A stretch of 64,000 nucleotides of DNA from a bacterium (GTDB taxonomy: Bacteria > Bacillota > Clostridia > Oscillospirales > CAG-272): positions 22,185 to 86,184 of the forward strand of contig CAVIJI010000005.1 in NCBI GenBank assembly GCA_963642885.1. Reading direction: 5' to 3'. Both the position numbers and the translations under genes were made by a program. Under the pieces are notes generated by a model that was not told where the DNA came from, searched no databases, and was given only the letters and a program-made list of their open reading frames with translations. Shown in pieces: positions 27,284 through 36,131 of the stretch. Within the stretch, counting starts at the first letter, position 1; each line of letters begins with the position of its first letter.

Positions 27284-27429
27284 TCGGCGGATAAACTTAC
27301 AGCATAAATAGTAAAGACAACCGCCGCCGACTCGAGAATTTCACTTGCGGTGAAATTCTCCGACGGAAAGGCTTGAGATATTCTCGGCGGATAAGCCTAC
27401 AGCATAAATTGTAAGACAACCGCCGCCGA
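27284..27429 (+). repeat. Mosaic hairpin repeat: A (27284-27330), B (27331-27362), C (27363-27383), A (27384-27429), inserted between livG and livF
   Basis: A is tCGGCGGataaacttacagcataaatagtaaagacaaCCGCCGccga, present twice. B is ctcGAGAATTTCACttgcgGTGAAATTCTCcg. C is acggaaaGGCTTGAGatattc. Confidence 0.85.
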
Positions 27430-27460
27430 CGAAAGAGCGGACATAGAAAGAAGGAGAAGT

Positions 27461-28171
27461 ATGGCATTACTCGAAGTTACGGATCTGAAAGTCAATTACG
27501 GATTGATTCAGGCGATAAAGGGAGTTTCCTTCACGGTTAATGAAGGGGAGATAGTTTCTCTTATAGGTGCAAACGGAGCGGGAAAAACCACAATTATGCA
27601 CTCGGTGTGCAATCTGATACCCAAGTCCGGCGGTAAAGTCGTTTTCGACGGAAATGATGTAACCGTTCTGCCTGCGCACAAGCTTGTTACGCTCGGAATT
27701 TCTCAGGTGCCGGAGAGAAGAAGAATATTTCAGGAGCTGACTGTTGCCGAAAACCTGAAAATGGGTGCGTATACGAGACGCGACAAAAAAGAAACAGAGG
27801 AAACACTCGAGAAAATGTACGAGAGATTTCCCATACTCAAGGAAAGAGCAAAGCAGATTGCGGGCACGTTATCGGGCGGAGAACAGCAGATGCTCGCGAT
27901 GAGCCGTGCGCTTATGTCGCATCCCAAGCTGCTTCTTCTCGATGAACCCAGCATGGGTTTATCTCCTCTTTACGTGAACACGATATTCGATATGATAAAA
28001 AAGGTCAACGAAGAGGGCACGACGGTATTTCTTGTGGAACAAAACGCAAAGAAGGCTCTTAACATTGCCGACAGAGCATATGTACTTGAGACGGGCAACA
28101 TGGTTAAGGAAGGCTCGGGACAAGCTCTGCTTGAGGATGACAGCATTAAGAAGGCATACCTCGGTGGTTAA
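27461..28171 (+). CDS. livF: Branched-chain amino acid ABC transporter ATP-binding protein
   Basis: Walker A is GANGAGKTT. The signature motif is LSGGEQQMLAMSRAL and Walker B is LLLDEPSMGLSP. Confidence 0.9.
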   Translation: MALLEVTDLKVNYGLIQAIKGVSFTVNEGEIVSLIGANGAGKTTIMHSVCNLIPKSGGKVVFDGNDVTVLPAHKLVTLGISQVPERRRIFQELTVAENLKMGAYTRRDKKETEETLEKMYERFPILKERAKQIAGTLSGGEQQMLAMSRALMSHPKLLLLDEPSMGLSPLYVNTIFDMIKKVNEEGTTVFLVEQNAKKALNIADRAYVLETGNMVKEGSGQALLEDDSIKKAYLGG

Positions 28172-28197
28172 CGAGCGATAATATGGGGAAAATCAAG

Positions 28198-28225
28198 AGA
28201 GAACGGATATACCGTTCTCTTTTTT
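28198..28225 (+). terminator. Rho-independent terminator of the liv operon
   Basis: agagaacgg-atata-ccgttctct followed by ttttt. Confidence 0.8.
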
Positions 28226-28282
28226 CACTTTTCCGACACATAATCGTTTCACAAAAATCGTATTGAAATTTATATAAATAGC

Positions 28283-28311
28283 TTGACAAAAGATATAAAA
28301 CGTGAGATAAT
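28283..28311 (+). promoter_or_regulatory. Consensus sigma-70 promoter for the RHH gene and clpB
   Basis: TTGACA (28283-28288), 17-nt spacer, GATAAT (28306-28311). The track ORF start at 28283 is this -35 box. Confidence 0.6.
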
Positions 28312-28348
28312 ATATGTGTCAGATGAAGAAAGGAACGGTACATATGAA

Positions 28349-29005
28349 ATGAAAAAAACTTTATACAGTCTGATGCTCTCCGATGATGTAATGCGGGAGA
28401 TAGATGCCTTGGCTCATAGAATGGGGACTAATCGTTCTAATCTGGTGAACATGATTCTTGCCGAAAAGGTACAGGTTCGCACACCCGAACAGCAGATGAA
28501 CGATATATTCAGCGGCATCGAGCAGCTGCTCGCATCATCTCGTGAGCTGATTCCGCTCTTTGCCCCAAATACACAGAGAGTCACGGTTCGTTCGAGCCTC
28601 GAATACAAATATCATCCGACGGTGCGTTACGAAGTTGAGCTTGTGAACGGATTTGTGCCCGGTGAGCCCATAGGTACGCTTACCGCGAATTTCCGAACAC
28701 AATCGCAGGCACTTATCGAGCTGCTCGGAAGATTTTTCCGCTGTCTGACGAGGATAGAGGGAGCGATGCTGCCGATAGATGCCGCTTATTCGATTGAAAA
28801 CGGAAGGTTCACGAGAACACTCGCGTATCCTTCGAGAAAAAACGGTGAAAACAGTATTTTAAACGCCGAAGAAATATCAAAAGCAATAACGGATTACGTC
28901 AGCTTGATTGACAGGATGATGAAGGCTTGCGTGGGAGGCGCGGATTCGCGTGTTCTTACAGATATGTATTCCGCAGATCTTGCCGAGCGTGAAATATTGT
29001 TGTAA
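28349..29005 (+). CDS. Ribbon-helix-helix (CopG/Arc-like) domain protein with a C-terminal domain of about 170 aa and unknown function
   Basis: The start is set at the ATG at 28349. MKKTLYSLMLSDDVMREIDALAHRMGTNRSNLVNMILAEKV fits a beta-strand/helix/helix RHH pattern. Confidence 0.55.
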   Translation: MKKTLYSLMLSDDVMREIDALAHRMGTNRSNLVNMILAEKVQVRTPEQQMNDIFSGIEQLLASSRELIPLFAPNTQRVTVRSSLEYKYHPTVRYEVELVNGFVPGEPIGTLTANFRTQSQALIELLGRFFRCLTRIEGAMLPIDAAYSIENGRFTRTLAYPSRKNGENSILNAEEISKAITDYVSLIDRMMKACVGGADSRVLTDMYSADLAEREILL

Positions 29006-29053
29006 ATAAGGAGAAAATTTACATCCGAAATCAGAATGAAAGGATGATGATAT

Positions 29054-31690
29054 ATGAACGCCGAAAAATTCACACAGAAAACTATAGAAGTAATTAATAA
29101 CGCGCAGAATCTCGCGAGGGACAGACAGAACCAGACACTTGCGGCAGAGCACCTTCTGTACTCGCTTCTCGATATGGACGGGGGATTGGTACGTACACTG
29201 ATTATGCGTATCGGTCAGAAATCGGGCAAAAACGATATAATCGACTCAATGCTGAACGATACAGATGCCGCAATCGAACGTCTTCCGAAGGTCAGCGGTG
29301 CGAGCGGTGAACTGTATCCCTCGGGCGAGGTTTCATCGGTGCTTCGCTTTGCGGAAAAAGCGGCTTCGGGCATGAAGGACGAGTATATTTCGGTAGAACA
29401 TATTATGCTCGGACTTTTATCGGAAGGCGGAAGAGGAGTACGCGATATTTGTGCGAGATACGGGGTCGGAACAAAAAGCTTTACCGATGAGCTTGCCAAG
29501 GTAAAAACATCACCCGTGACAAGCGATAATCCCGAGGATACATACGATGTACTCGAAAAATACGGTACGGATCTTGTCGAGAGGGCAAGAGAACAAAAGC
29601 TTGATCCCGTTATAGGCCGAGACAGCGAAATAAGAAGTGTCGTAAGAATACTTTCACGCAAGAGCAAGAATAACCCCGTATTGATAGGCGAACCGGGTGT
29701 CGGTAAAACCGCAATAGCCGAAGGTCTCGCACAGCGTATTGTCCGCGGCGATGTACCCGACGGACTCAAGGATAAAACGATATTCTCACTCGACATGGGT
29801 GCTCTTGTGGCGGGAGCGAAATACCGCGGAGAGTTCGAGGAAAGACTGAAGGCCGTGCTCAATGAAATCAAAAAGGCCGAGGGAAAGATTATTCTGTTTA
29901 TCGATGAGCTTCATACTATCGTTGGTGCAGGCAAGACGGAAGGCTCCATGGACGCAGGCAACCTGCTCAAGCCGATGCTGGCGCGCGGCGAGCTCCATTG
30001 TATAGGTGCTACGACGCTTGACGAATACAGAAAATATATTGAAAAGGATGCCGCTCTCGAAAGACGTTTTCAGCCCGTAATGGTAGACGAACCGACGGTT
30101 GAGGACACGATTTCCATACTTCGCGGACTGAAAGAGAGATATGAAATATTCCACGGAGTAAGAATTCACGATAACGCTCTTGTTTCGGCGGCACTGCTTT
30201 CGCATCGTTACATAACAGACCGTTTTCTTCCCGATAAAGCCATAGACCTTGTGGATGAAGCGTGCGCAATGATAAGAACGGAGATTGATTCGATGCCGAG
30301 CGAGCTTGACGATCTCAGACGTGACATCATGCAGCTCGAAATCGAGGAAATGTCGCTGAAGAAGGAAGAAGACAAGCTTTCACAGGACAGACTGGAAAAG
30401 CTGAGAGAAGAGCTTTCCGAGAAAAAAGAAAAATTCAACGAAATGAAGGCTCGCTGGGAGTCCGAGAAGGATGCCGCGGAGAATGTTAAAAAGCTTAAAG
30501 CCGATATCGAAAAGATGACGGGAGATATCGAGCACGCACAGCTTAACGGCGAATACGAAAAGGCCGCGAGACTGAAGTATTCCGAGCTGCCCGCTTTACA
30601 GAAGAAGCTCGGTGAAACAGAAGAACTGACCGAAAAGCAAAACCAGAATCTTCTTGTACGCTCTACGGTTACGGAAGAGGAGATTGCGGAGGTAGTGGCA
30701 CGCTGGACGGGTATTCCCGTTTCAAAGCTGGTTGAGGGAGAAAGAGAAAAGCTTCTTCACCTTGAGGACATCCTTCATAAACGTGTTATAGGCCAGAACG
30801 AAGCCGTAAGACTTGTCAGCGAAGCAATTCAGCGTTCACGTGCGGGTATATCCGATCCGAACAGACCTATAGGAAGCTTTCTGTTCCTCGGCCCTACCGG
30901 TGTCGGCAAGACGGAGCTGGCGAAAACTCTTGCGGAGTGCCTGTTCGACGATGAACACAATATTGCGAGAATCGATATGACGGAGTACATGGAGAAATTC
31001 AGCGTATCCAGACTCATCGGAGCGCCTCCGGGATATGTGGGATACGATGAAGGCGGTCAGCTTACGGAAGCCGTGAGACGCCATCCGTACAGTGTCGTAT
31101 TGTTCGATGAGGTCGAAAAAGCACATCCCGATGTGTTCAATATTCTCCTTCAGATACTCGACGACGGAAGAATTACCGACAGTCAGGGAAGAACCGTTGA
31201 CTTCAAGAATACGATAATCATACTGACATCGAATATAGGAAGCCAGTATCTGCTTGACGGAATCACCGCAGACGGTGAAATAAGCGATGATGCGCGTGCT
31301 AAGGTTATGGCGGATCTCAGAGCATCATTCAGACCGGAATTTCTTAACAGACTTGACGAAACGATAATGTTCAAGCCTCTTACAAAGGATAACCTCGGCG
31401 GAATCATCGAAAATCTGCTTTCGGGTCTCAGAAAACGTCTTGCGGACAGAACAGCGGGCGGCGGACTTAATCTTGAAGTAACGGATGCGGCAAAGGATGT
31501 AATAATCGACAACGGATATGATCCCGTTTACGGTGCGCGTCCGTTAAAGAGATATCTGCAGGGAACAGCAGAGACGTTGATTGCCAAGGAAATCCTTGCG
31601 GGAAACCTCAGTGCGGGAACTACTCTGGTACTCGATGCCGAAAACGGAAAGCTCACCTGCCATCCCGTTTTCAATCCGGAAATCAAATAA
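29054..31690 (+). CDS. clpB: ATP-dependent chaperone/disaggregase ClpB
   Basis: 878 aa. It has a Clp N domain and two AAA+ modules (GEPGVGKTA; GPTGVGKTE) separated by a long coiled-coil M-domain. GARPLKR lies near the C-terminus. Confidence 0.95.
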   Translation: MNAEKFTQKTIEVINNAQNLARDRQNQTLAAEHLLYSLLDMDGGLVRTLIMRIGQKSGKNDIIDSMLNDTDAAIERLPKVSGASGELYPSGEVSSVLRFAEKAASGMKDEYISVEHIMLGLLSEGGRGVRDICARYGVGTKSFTDELAKVKTSPVTSDNPEDTYDVLEKYGTDLVERAREQKLDPVIGRDSEIRSVVRILSRKSKNNPVLIGEPGVGKTAIAEGLAQRIVRGDVPDGLKDKTIFSLDMGALVAGAKYRGEFEERLKAVLNEIKKAEGKIILFIDELHTIVGAGKTEGSMDAGNLLKPMLARGELHCIGATTLDEYRKYIEKDAALERRFQPVMVDEPTVEDTISILRGLKERYEIFHGVRIHDNALVSAALLSHRYITDRFLPDKAIDLVDEACAMIRTEIDSMPSELDDLRRDIMQLEIEEMSLKKEEDKLSQDRLEKLREELSEKKEKFNEMKARWESEKDAAENVKKLKADIEKMTGDIEHAQLNGEYEKAARLKYSELPALQKKLGETEELTEKQNQNLLVRSTVTEEEIAEVVARWTGIPVSKLVEGEREKLLHLEDILHKRVIGQNEAVRLVSEAIQRSRAGISDPNRPIGSFLFLGPTGVGKTELAKTLAECLFDDEHNIARIDMTEYMEKFSVSRLIGAPPGYVGYDEGGQLTEAVRRHPYSVVLFDEVEKAHPDVFNILLQILDDGRITDSQGRTVDFKNTIIILTSNIGSQYLLDGITADGEISDDARAKVMADLRASFRPEFLNRLDETIMFKPLTKDNLGGIIENLLSGLRKRLADRTAGGGLNLEVTDAAKDVIIDNGYDPVYGARPLKRYLQGTAETLIAKEILAGNLSAGTTLVLDAENGKLTCHPVFNPEIK

Positions 31691-31725
31691 TAAATACTGC
31701 GGCAATCTGCCGTAAAAAATAAAAA

Positions 31726-31784
31726 ATACCGTCCTCGTGATATGTACGCAAACGGCACATTGTCACGGAGACGGTATTTTTTTA
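31726..31784. terminator. Bidirectional terminator (clpB / transketolase convergent)
   Basis: The outer stem is ataccgtc...gacggtat with internal pairing. It is followed by ttttttt on the plus strand and preceded by an A-run. Confidence 0.7.
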
Positions 31785-31797
31785 TTTTACGAAAAAA

Positions 31798-32739
31798 TTA
31801 TTTCTTGAGAGCGACAGCGGCTTTTGCTTTTTCGGCAATAGCGACAGCGTCGAGATGGAAGAAGGATACAAGCTCCTTAGCGGGACCGCTGCGTCCGAAT
31901 TCATCGTTTACGCCTACTCTGAGAACGGGTGTGGGTCTCTTCTCGGAGAGAAGCTCGCATACCGCACCGCCAAGACCGCCGATTATGTTGTGCTCTTCGC
32001 ATGTTACGATGCATCCGCACTTTTCGGCTTCGGCAATTACAAGCTCATTGTCAAGAGGCTTGATTGTAGCCATGTTCACTACGGAAGCGGAAATTCCTTC
32101 GTTTGCGAGAAGCTCGCGCGCGAGAAGAGCCTGTTCGACTTCGATACCGGTTGCGATGAGAGATACATCGTTTCCGTCGGCCATTTTTACGCCTTTTCCG
32201 ATTTGGAACTGATACTTGTCATCGAAATATGTGGGCACTGCCATTCTGCCGAAACGGAGATAAACGGGACCCACATATTCGATAGCGGCTTTAACGGCGA
32301 GTCTTGCCTCGACGGCGTCCGCGGGATTGATGATTGTCATTCCGGGAATTGTGCGCATAAGTGCGATGTCTTCACAGCACTGGTGTGTGGCACCGTCTTC
32401 ACCGACGGTGATTCCGGCATGAGTTGCACCGATTTTTACGTTTGTGTGGGGATAACCTATTGAGTTTCTTACCTGCTCGAAGCTTCTGCCTGCCGCGAAC
32501 ATAGCGAATGTGGAAGCAAACGGTATTTTACCGCAGAGTGACATGCCTACCGCAACACACATAAGGTTGTTTTCGGCAATACCGCAGTCAAAGAATCTAT
32601 CGGGGAACGCTTTCTTAAAGGTGCCCGTTTTGGTGGCAGCCGCAAGGTCTGCGTCAAGAACCACAAGATTGTCGTATATGGCGCCAAACTCGGCAAGCGC
32701 TTTACCGTACGCTTCACGGGTAGCAATTTTATCTGCCAT
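31798..32739 (-). CDS. Transketolase, C-terminal (pyrimidine-binding) subunit of a split enzyme
   Basis: 313 aa. Motifs are TREAYGKAL, FFDCGIAENN, GPVYLRFGR and EEHNIIGGLG. Confidence 0.9.
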   Translation of the reverse strand: MADKIATREAYGKALAEFGAIYDNLVVLDADLAAATKTGTFKKAFPDRFFDCGIAENNLMCVAVGMSLCGKIPFASTFAMFAAGRSFEQVRNSIGYPHTNVKIGATHAGITVGEDGATHQCCEDIALMRTIPGMTIINPADAVEARLAVKAAIEYVGPVYLRFGRMAVPTYFDDKYQFQIGKGVKMADGNDVSLIATGIEVEQALLARELLANEGISASVVNMATIKPLDNELVIAEAEKCGCIVTCEEHNIIGGLGGAVCELLSEKRPTPVLRVGVNDEFGRSGPAKELVSFFHLDAVAIAEKAKAAVALKK

Positions 32740-32837
32740 GATATTTTATCCTTTCGATATTATGTGGAAGAACATTCGGACTGCTCGTCCGTGTTCGGGT
32801 GTATTCGGGTTTACTGTTTGATATTCTGTGTCGATGC

Positions 32838-32916
32838 TTATCTTTCGCCGAGGTCTTTCATGGCGATTTCGACGAAATGAGTTTATCTTTCGCCGAGGTC
32901 TTTCATGGCGATTTCG
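32838..32916 (-). repeat. 34-bp perfect direct repeat (32838-32871 and 32883-32916) duplicating the last 10 codons plus the stop of the transketolase N-subunit gene
   Basis: ttatctttcgccgaggtctttcatggcgatttcg occurs twice, 45 bp apart. On the minus strand it reads EIAMKDLGER*. Confidence 0.9.
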
Positions 32917-33707
32917 TACTGTTCATCATTCGGAGCGGCACCGTGCCATGCAACATTGTTTTCCATGTAGGAAACGCCCTTGCCCTTTGTGGAGTGGCTG
33001 ATGATTACAGAGGGCTTGTCTGTGCATTCTCTTGCTGCCTTGTATGCCGCCTCGATTGAATCGAAGTCATGCGCACAGCATTCGATTACGTTCCAGCCGA
33101 AAGCCTTGAACTTTGTGTCGTACGGAGTAGGATTCATTACCTCTGCAATAGGGCCGTCGATCTGGAGACCGTTGAAGTCGATGAGCCAGCAGAGATTTGA
33201 GAGATGATAGTGAGATGCGAACATAGCCGCTTCCCATACCTGACCTTCTTCGGTTTCACCGTCACCGAGAATAGCATAGATACGAACCGATGTGTTGTCA
33301 AGCTTGTTGGCAAGAGCCATACCGCACGATGTAGATGCACCCTGGCCGAGAGAACCCGAGGTCATTTCAACACCGGGAGTGTGCTTCATGTCGGGATGTC
33401 CCTGAAGATAGCTGTCCGTGTGACGGAAGGTCTTAAGATCCTCAACGGGGAAGTATCCTCTGTGAGCGAGGGCGGAGTAAAGACCGGGGGCGCAATGTCC
33501 TTTGGAAAGAACAAGACGGTCACGATCGGGCTTCTTCGGATCCTTGGGATCGATGTTCATTTCTTCGAAGTACAGATATGTCAGTACATCGGCGATGGAC
33601 AGGCTTCCGCCGGGATGTCCGCTTTTCGCTGAGTGAACGGCGTCAATGATGCCGACACGTATTTGGCGAGCGATTTCGGTGAGCTCGCATTTTCTTTTTG
33701 AATCCAT
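32883..33707 (-). CDS. Transketolase, N-terminal (thiamine diphosphate-binding) subunit
   Basis: 274 aa. Motifs are SGHPGGSLS, DRLVLSKGH, GSLGQG and GDGETEEGQVWEA. Confidence 0.9.
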   Translation of the reverse strand: MDSKRKCELTEIARQIRVGIIDAVHSAKSGHPGGSLSIADVLTYLYFEEMNIDPKDPKKPDRDRLVLSKGHCAPGLYSALAHRGYFPVEDLKTFRHTDSYLQGHPDMKHTPGVEMTSGSLGQGASTSCGMALANKLDNTSVRIYAILGDGETEEGQVWEAAMFASHYHLSNLCWLIDFNGLQIDGPIAEVMNPTPYDTKFKAFGWNVIECCAHDFDSIEAAYKAARECTDKPSVIISHSTKGKGVSYMENNVAWHGAAPNDEQYEIAMKDLGER

Positions 33708-33772
33708 GATTTATTTACCTTTCATGAGAATTGTGCCGCTTATTAATATAAGTTACATTTTTATATGGTTTT

Positions 33773-33801
33773 ATTTTAATATATTTTGCTCTCAATGTCA
33801 A
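33773..33801 (-). promoter_or_regulatory. Sigma-70-like promoter for the split transketolase genes
   Basis: Minus strand: TTGACA (33801-33796), 17-nt spacer, TAAAAT (33778-33773). Confidence 0.45.
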
Positions 33802-33897
33802 GTGAAATTCGACTAAGATTTATGGCATTGCCGTGCAAAGGTCGTTTTCATTGCTCGGTTTATACCTGATTACGCCCGCATAGGTGAAATAAGCATA

Positions 33898-33928
33898 AAA
33901 TCGCTCCGTCAAGTGAACGGAGCGATTT
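33898..33928 (-). terminator. Hairpin downstream of solute-binding protein paralog 2
   Basis: aaatcgctccg-N9-cggagcgattt, with 11-bp arms. There is no clean U-tract beyond the A/T in the stem. Confidence 0.4.
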
Positions 33929-33964
33929 CATAATGTCACATTATTCGAGCACCTTTACCGCATG

Positions 33965-35467
33965 TCAGTTTGCGGTATTTGCGTCAATCAGTGCAAGCAT
34001 TTCATCAAGTGCGGTCTGAGAGCTTTCGTAATATTTTTCGATCTGAGATACCATTACAAAATCCTTCTTGTTCGTTTGGTACGAGAAAATACTGCTCAGC
34101 TTGCTGAACCAACCGAAGCCTTCCGCCCAGTCGTATACCTTGGATGCGAGAACATAGTCGAGCATTTCCTTCGTTTCCTCGTCGCGTATCAGCTTTGAAC
34201 CGAGAATGAGCTCGTACAAGGTGTTGTTGACAGTATCGGTGGAATAGCCGCTCATTACATCAAGCACAACGGCGCTGAGCTCGGGATCCGAGACAGATGT
34301 GGGAATCGACATTGAGGTACACCAAATCGGGTTTACAAGAGAACTGTAGGCTTCCTGTTCCTCGGAATATTTCGGAAGCGGAAGAAGAGTGAAGTCGGAT
34401 TCCATATCGCGGAATTCGTTTATGCATCCGAGCAGCTCGTAATAAAGAACATTGCGGTCTTCCTTCATCATCGTACAGCAGGTTCCGTTGTCGCCCTGGT
34501 AGATTGAGCTTGAACTGACGACGGTGTTGTATATTTTTTCAGCCGCATTCAGGTAAGATTCTTCCTTGCACGCAATAACGGGAACGCCGTTTTCGTCCAT
34601 ATGCGTGTTGAGCGCACCGGAGCCGCTCATAAGATGGTAGAGCGCGCCGCCGTTGTCGCAGAAGCCCCATGCATCGGTTTTGTCCATCTTACCGTCGCCG
34701 TTTATATCGTTCGTTACGGCATCGGCAATGCTCATCATGTTGTCAAGTGTCCACTTGCCTTCACGGACAAGCTCTTTCGGATTGGTTAACGAATTCTGCC
34801 CGATAACGTTCATATTGCAGAAAATAACCGGTACCGCATAGTCATCGAAAACATTGTAGTGCCCTGCTACCGTGTAGAGAACCTCGTTTTTGTAGGTGAA
34901 GTTCGAGATAATGTTCTGATCCCACCACGGTGCGGATAAGTCCATTCCCGAGAGGGATTTCAAATTATAGACTTTGCTGTTTATTCCGAGCGTTATATTA
35001 TAACTCAGACTGTACAGTACAAGGTCGCAGTTGTCGTCTCCGGACATGACGGAGTTGGTTACATAAGTCGAGATGTCGCCCACATCGAATACGGGACTTA
35101 TTTTTACGTTCAATAGGTCTTCCGTGAGAATGTTGCGCTTGTACACGGCATCGTTGTAGCTGTCGCCTGTTTCCGATTCATAGTATACCTCGTTGGCATC
35201 GGAGCTTATCTTGCCGTAGAAAAAGGTTCCGGGTGAGTATGCGAGAATGCGGTAGCCGTATCCCATGTAGTCGTGGTCACCGTATTTTGCCGCAACGGTG
35301 TCTGTGACGGTTGTTTCGGATTCAACCGCGGGTGTCTCATCAACCGATGCGATACTGCTGTCGTCTGTCTGTGACTGCACCTCGGACGTATCGCCGCACG
35401 ATGCAAACGTTCCGCAGAGCATAAGGGCAGCGAGCAAAAGTGAAACTCGTGATCTTGCGTTTGCCAT
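33965..35467 (-). CDS. Extracellular solute-binding lipoprotein, paralog 2
   Basis: The start is set at 35467 (AAAGGAG 8 nt upstream). MANARSRVSLLLAALMLCGTFASCG carries the lipobox. Paralog motifs are NDAVYKRNI, APWW, VREGKWT, DINGDGKMD and LPLPKYSEEQ. Confidence 0.75.
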   Translation of the reverse strand: MANARSRVSLLLAALMLCGTFASCGDTSEVQSQTDDSSIASVDETPAVESETTVTDTVAAKYGDHDYMGYGYRILAYSPGTFFYGKISSDANEVYYESETGDSYNDAVYKRNILTEDLLNVKISPVFDVGDISTYVTNSVMSGDDNCDLVLYSLSYNITLGINSKVYNLKSLSGMDLSAPWWDQNIISNFTYKNEVLYTVAGHYNVFDDYAVPVIFCNMNVIGQNSLTNPKELVREGKWTLDNMMSIADAVTNDINGDGKMDKTDAWGFCDNGGALYHLMSGSGALNTHMDENGVPVIACKEESYLNAAEKIYNTVVSSSSIYQGDNGTCCTMMKEDRNVLYYELLGCINEFRDMESDFTLLPLPKYSEEQEAYSSLVNPIWCTSMSIPTSVSDPELSAVVLDVMSGYSTDTVNNTLYELILGSKLIRDEETKEMLDYVLASKVYDWAEGFGWFSKLSSIFSYQTNKKDFVMVSQIEKYYESSQTALDEMLALIDANTAN

Positions 35468-35506
35468 AATGAAATCTCCTTTGCATAAAATAAATTTGTT
35501 GAAAAC

Positions 35507-35535
35507 AGTATAACATAACGAAAATTCCTTGTCAA
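35507..35535 (-). promoter_or_regulatory. Sigma-70-like promoter for paralog 2
   Basis: Minus strand: TTGACA (35535-35530), 17-nt spacer, TATACT (35512-35507). Confidence 0.5.
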
Positions 35536-35629
35536 GCACCTATATAAAAATAAAAAAACGCACAAAATAAAATTAACTATAAAATAGTTGTACCGAATCA
35601 TGCGACACAAATCAGGATTATACGTAAGA

Positions 35630-36070
35630 GCAGGAGGATTAACGAACAATTATAACTGAACTGAATCCTGCGAGACAATTGGGATAAACTTTGGAGAATG
35701 CTTCATTGTATGAAGCATTCTCGAGGAGCAGGCGGATAACGAACAATTATAACTGAACTGAATCCTGCGACACGATTGGTAGAAACTTTGGAGAATGCTT
35801 CATTGTATGAAGCATTCTCGAGGAGCAGGCGGATAACGAACAATTATAACTGAACTGAATCCTGCGACACGATTGGTAGAAACTTTGGAGAATGCTTCAT
35901 TGTATGAAGCATTCTCGAGGAGCAGGCGGATTAACGAACAATTGTAACTGAACTGAATCCTGCGACACGATTGGTAGAAACTTTGGAGAATGCTTCATTG
36001 TATGAAGCATTCTCGAGGAGCAGGCGGATAACGAACAATTACAGCTGAGGTATATCCTGCGACACTTGAC
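35630..36070 (+). repeat. Tandem array of about 4.5 units of 97-98 bp (mosaic hairpin repeat, variant with GCAGG/CCTGC arms)
   Basis: Units start at 35630, 35728, 35825, 35922 and 36020. Each carries GCAGGcggataacgaacaattataactgaactgaatCCTGC and the perfect hairpin GAGAATGCTTCAttgtaTGAAGCATTCTC. Confidence 0.9.
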
Positions 36071-36094
36071 AAAAAAAGCATAATTTACTATAAT
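36066..36094 (+). promoter_or_regulatory. Consensus sigma-70 promoter for the GH38 gene, with the -35 box formed at the end of the last repeat unit
   Basis: TTGACA (36066-36071), 17-nt spacer, TATAAT (36089-36094). Confidence 0.6.
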
Positions 36095-36131
36095 CATAGT
36101 CGGAAAACAATATTCTGCTTTGGAGGTAGAA

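Noticed and set aside
28283-28348. Track start (TTG at 28283) for the RHH protein
   Set aside because: That TTG is the first base of a TTGACA -35 hexamer with perfect 17-nt spacing to GATAAT. The ATG at 28349 gives an N-terminus that begins directly with the RHH beta-strand.
35694-36035. A 13-codon mini-ORF (MLHCMKHSRGAGG*) recurring in each 97-bp unit after a GGAG
   Set aside because: The GGAG sits only 1 nt from the ATG, which is too close for a functional Shine-Dalgarno. The ORF coincides with the perfect hairpin, so the repetition is a by-product of the repeat.
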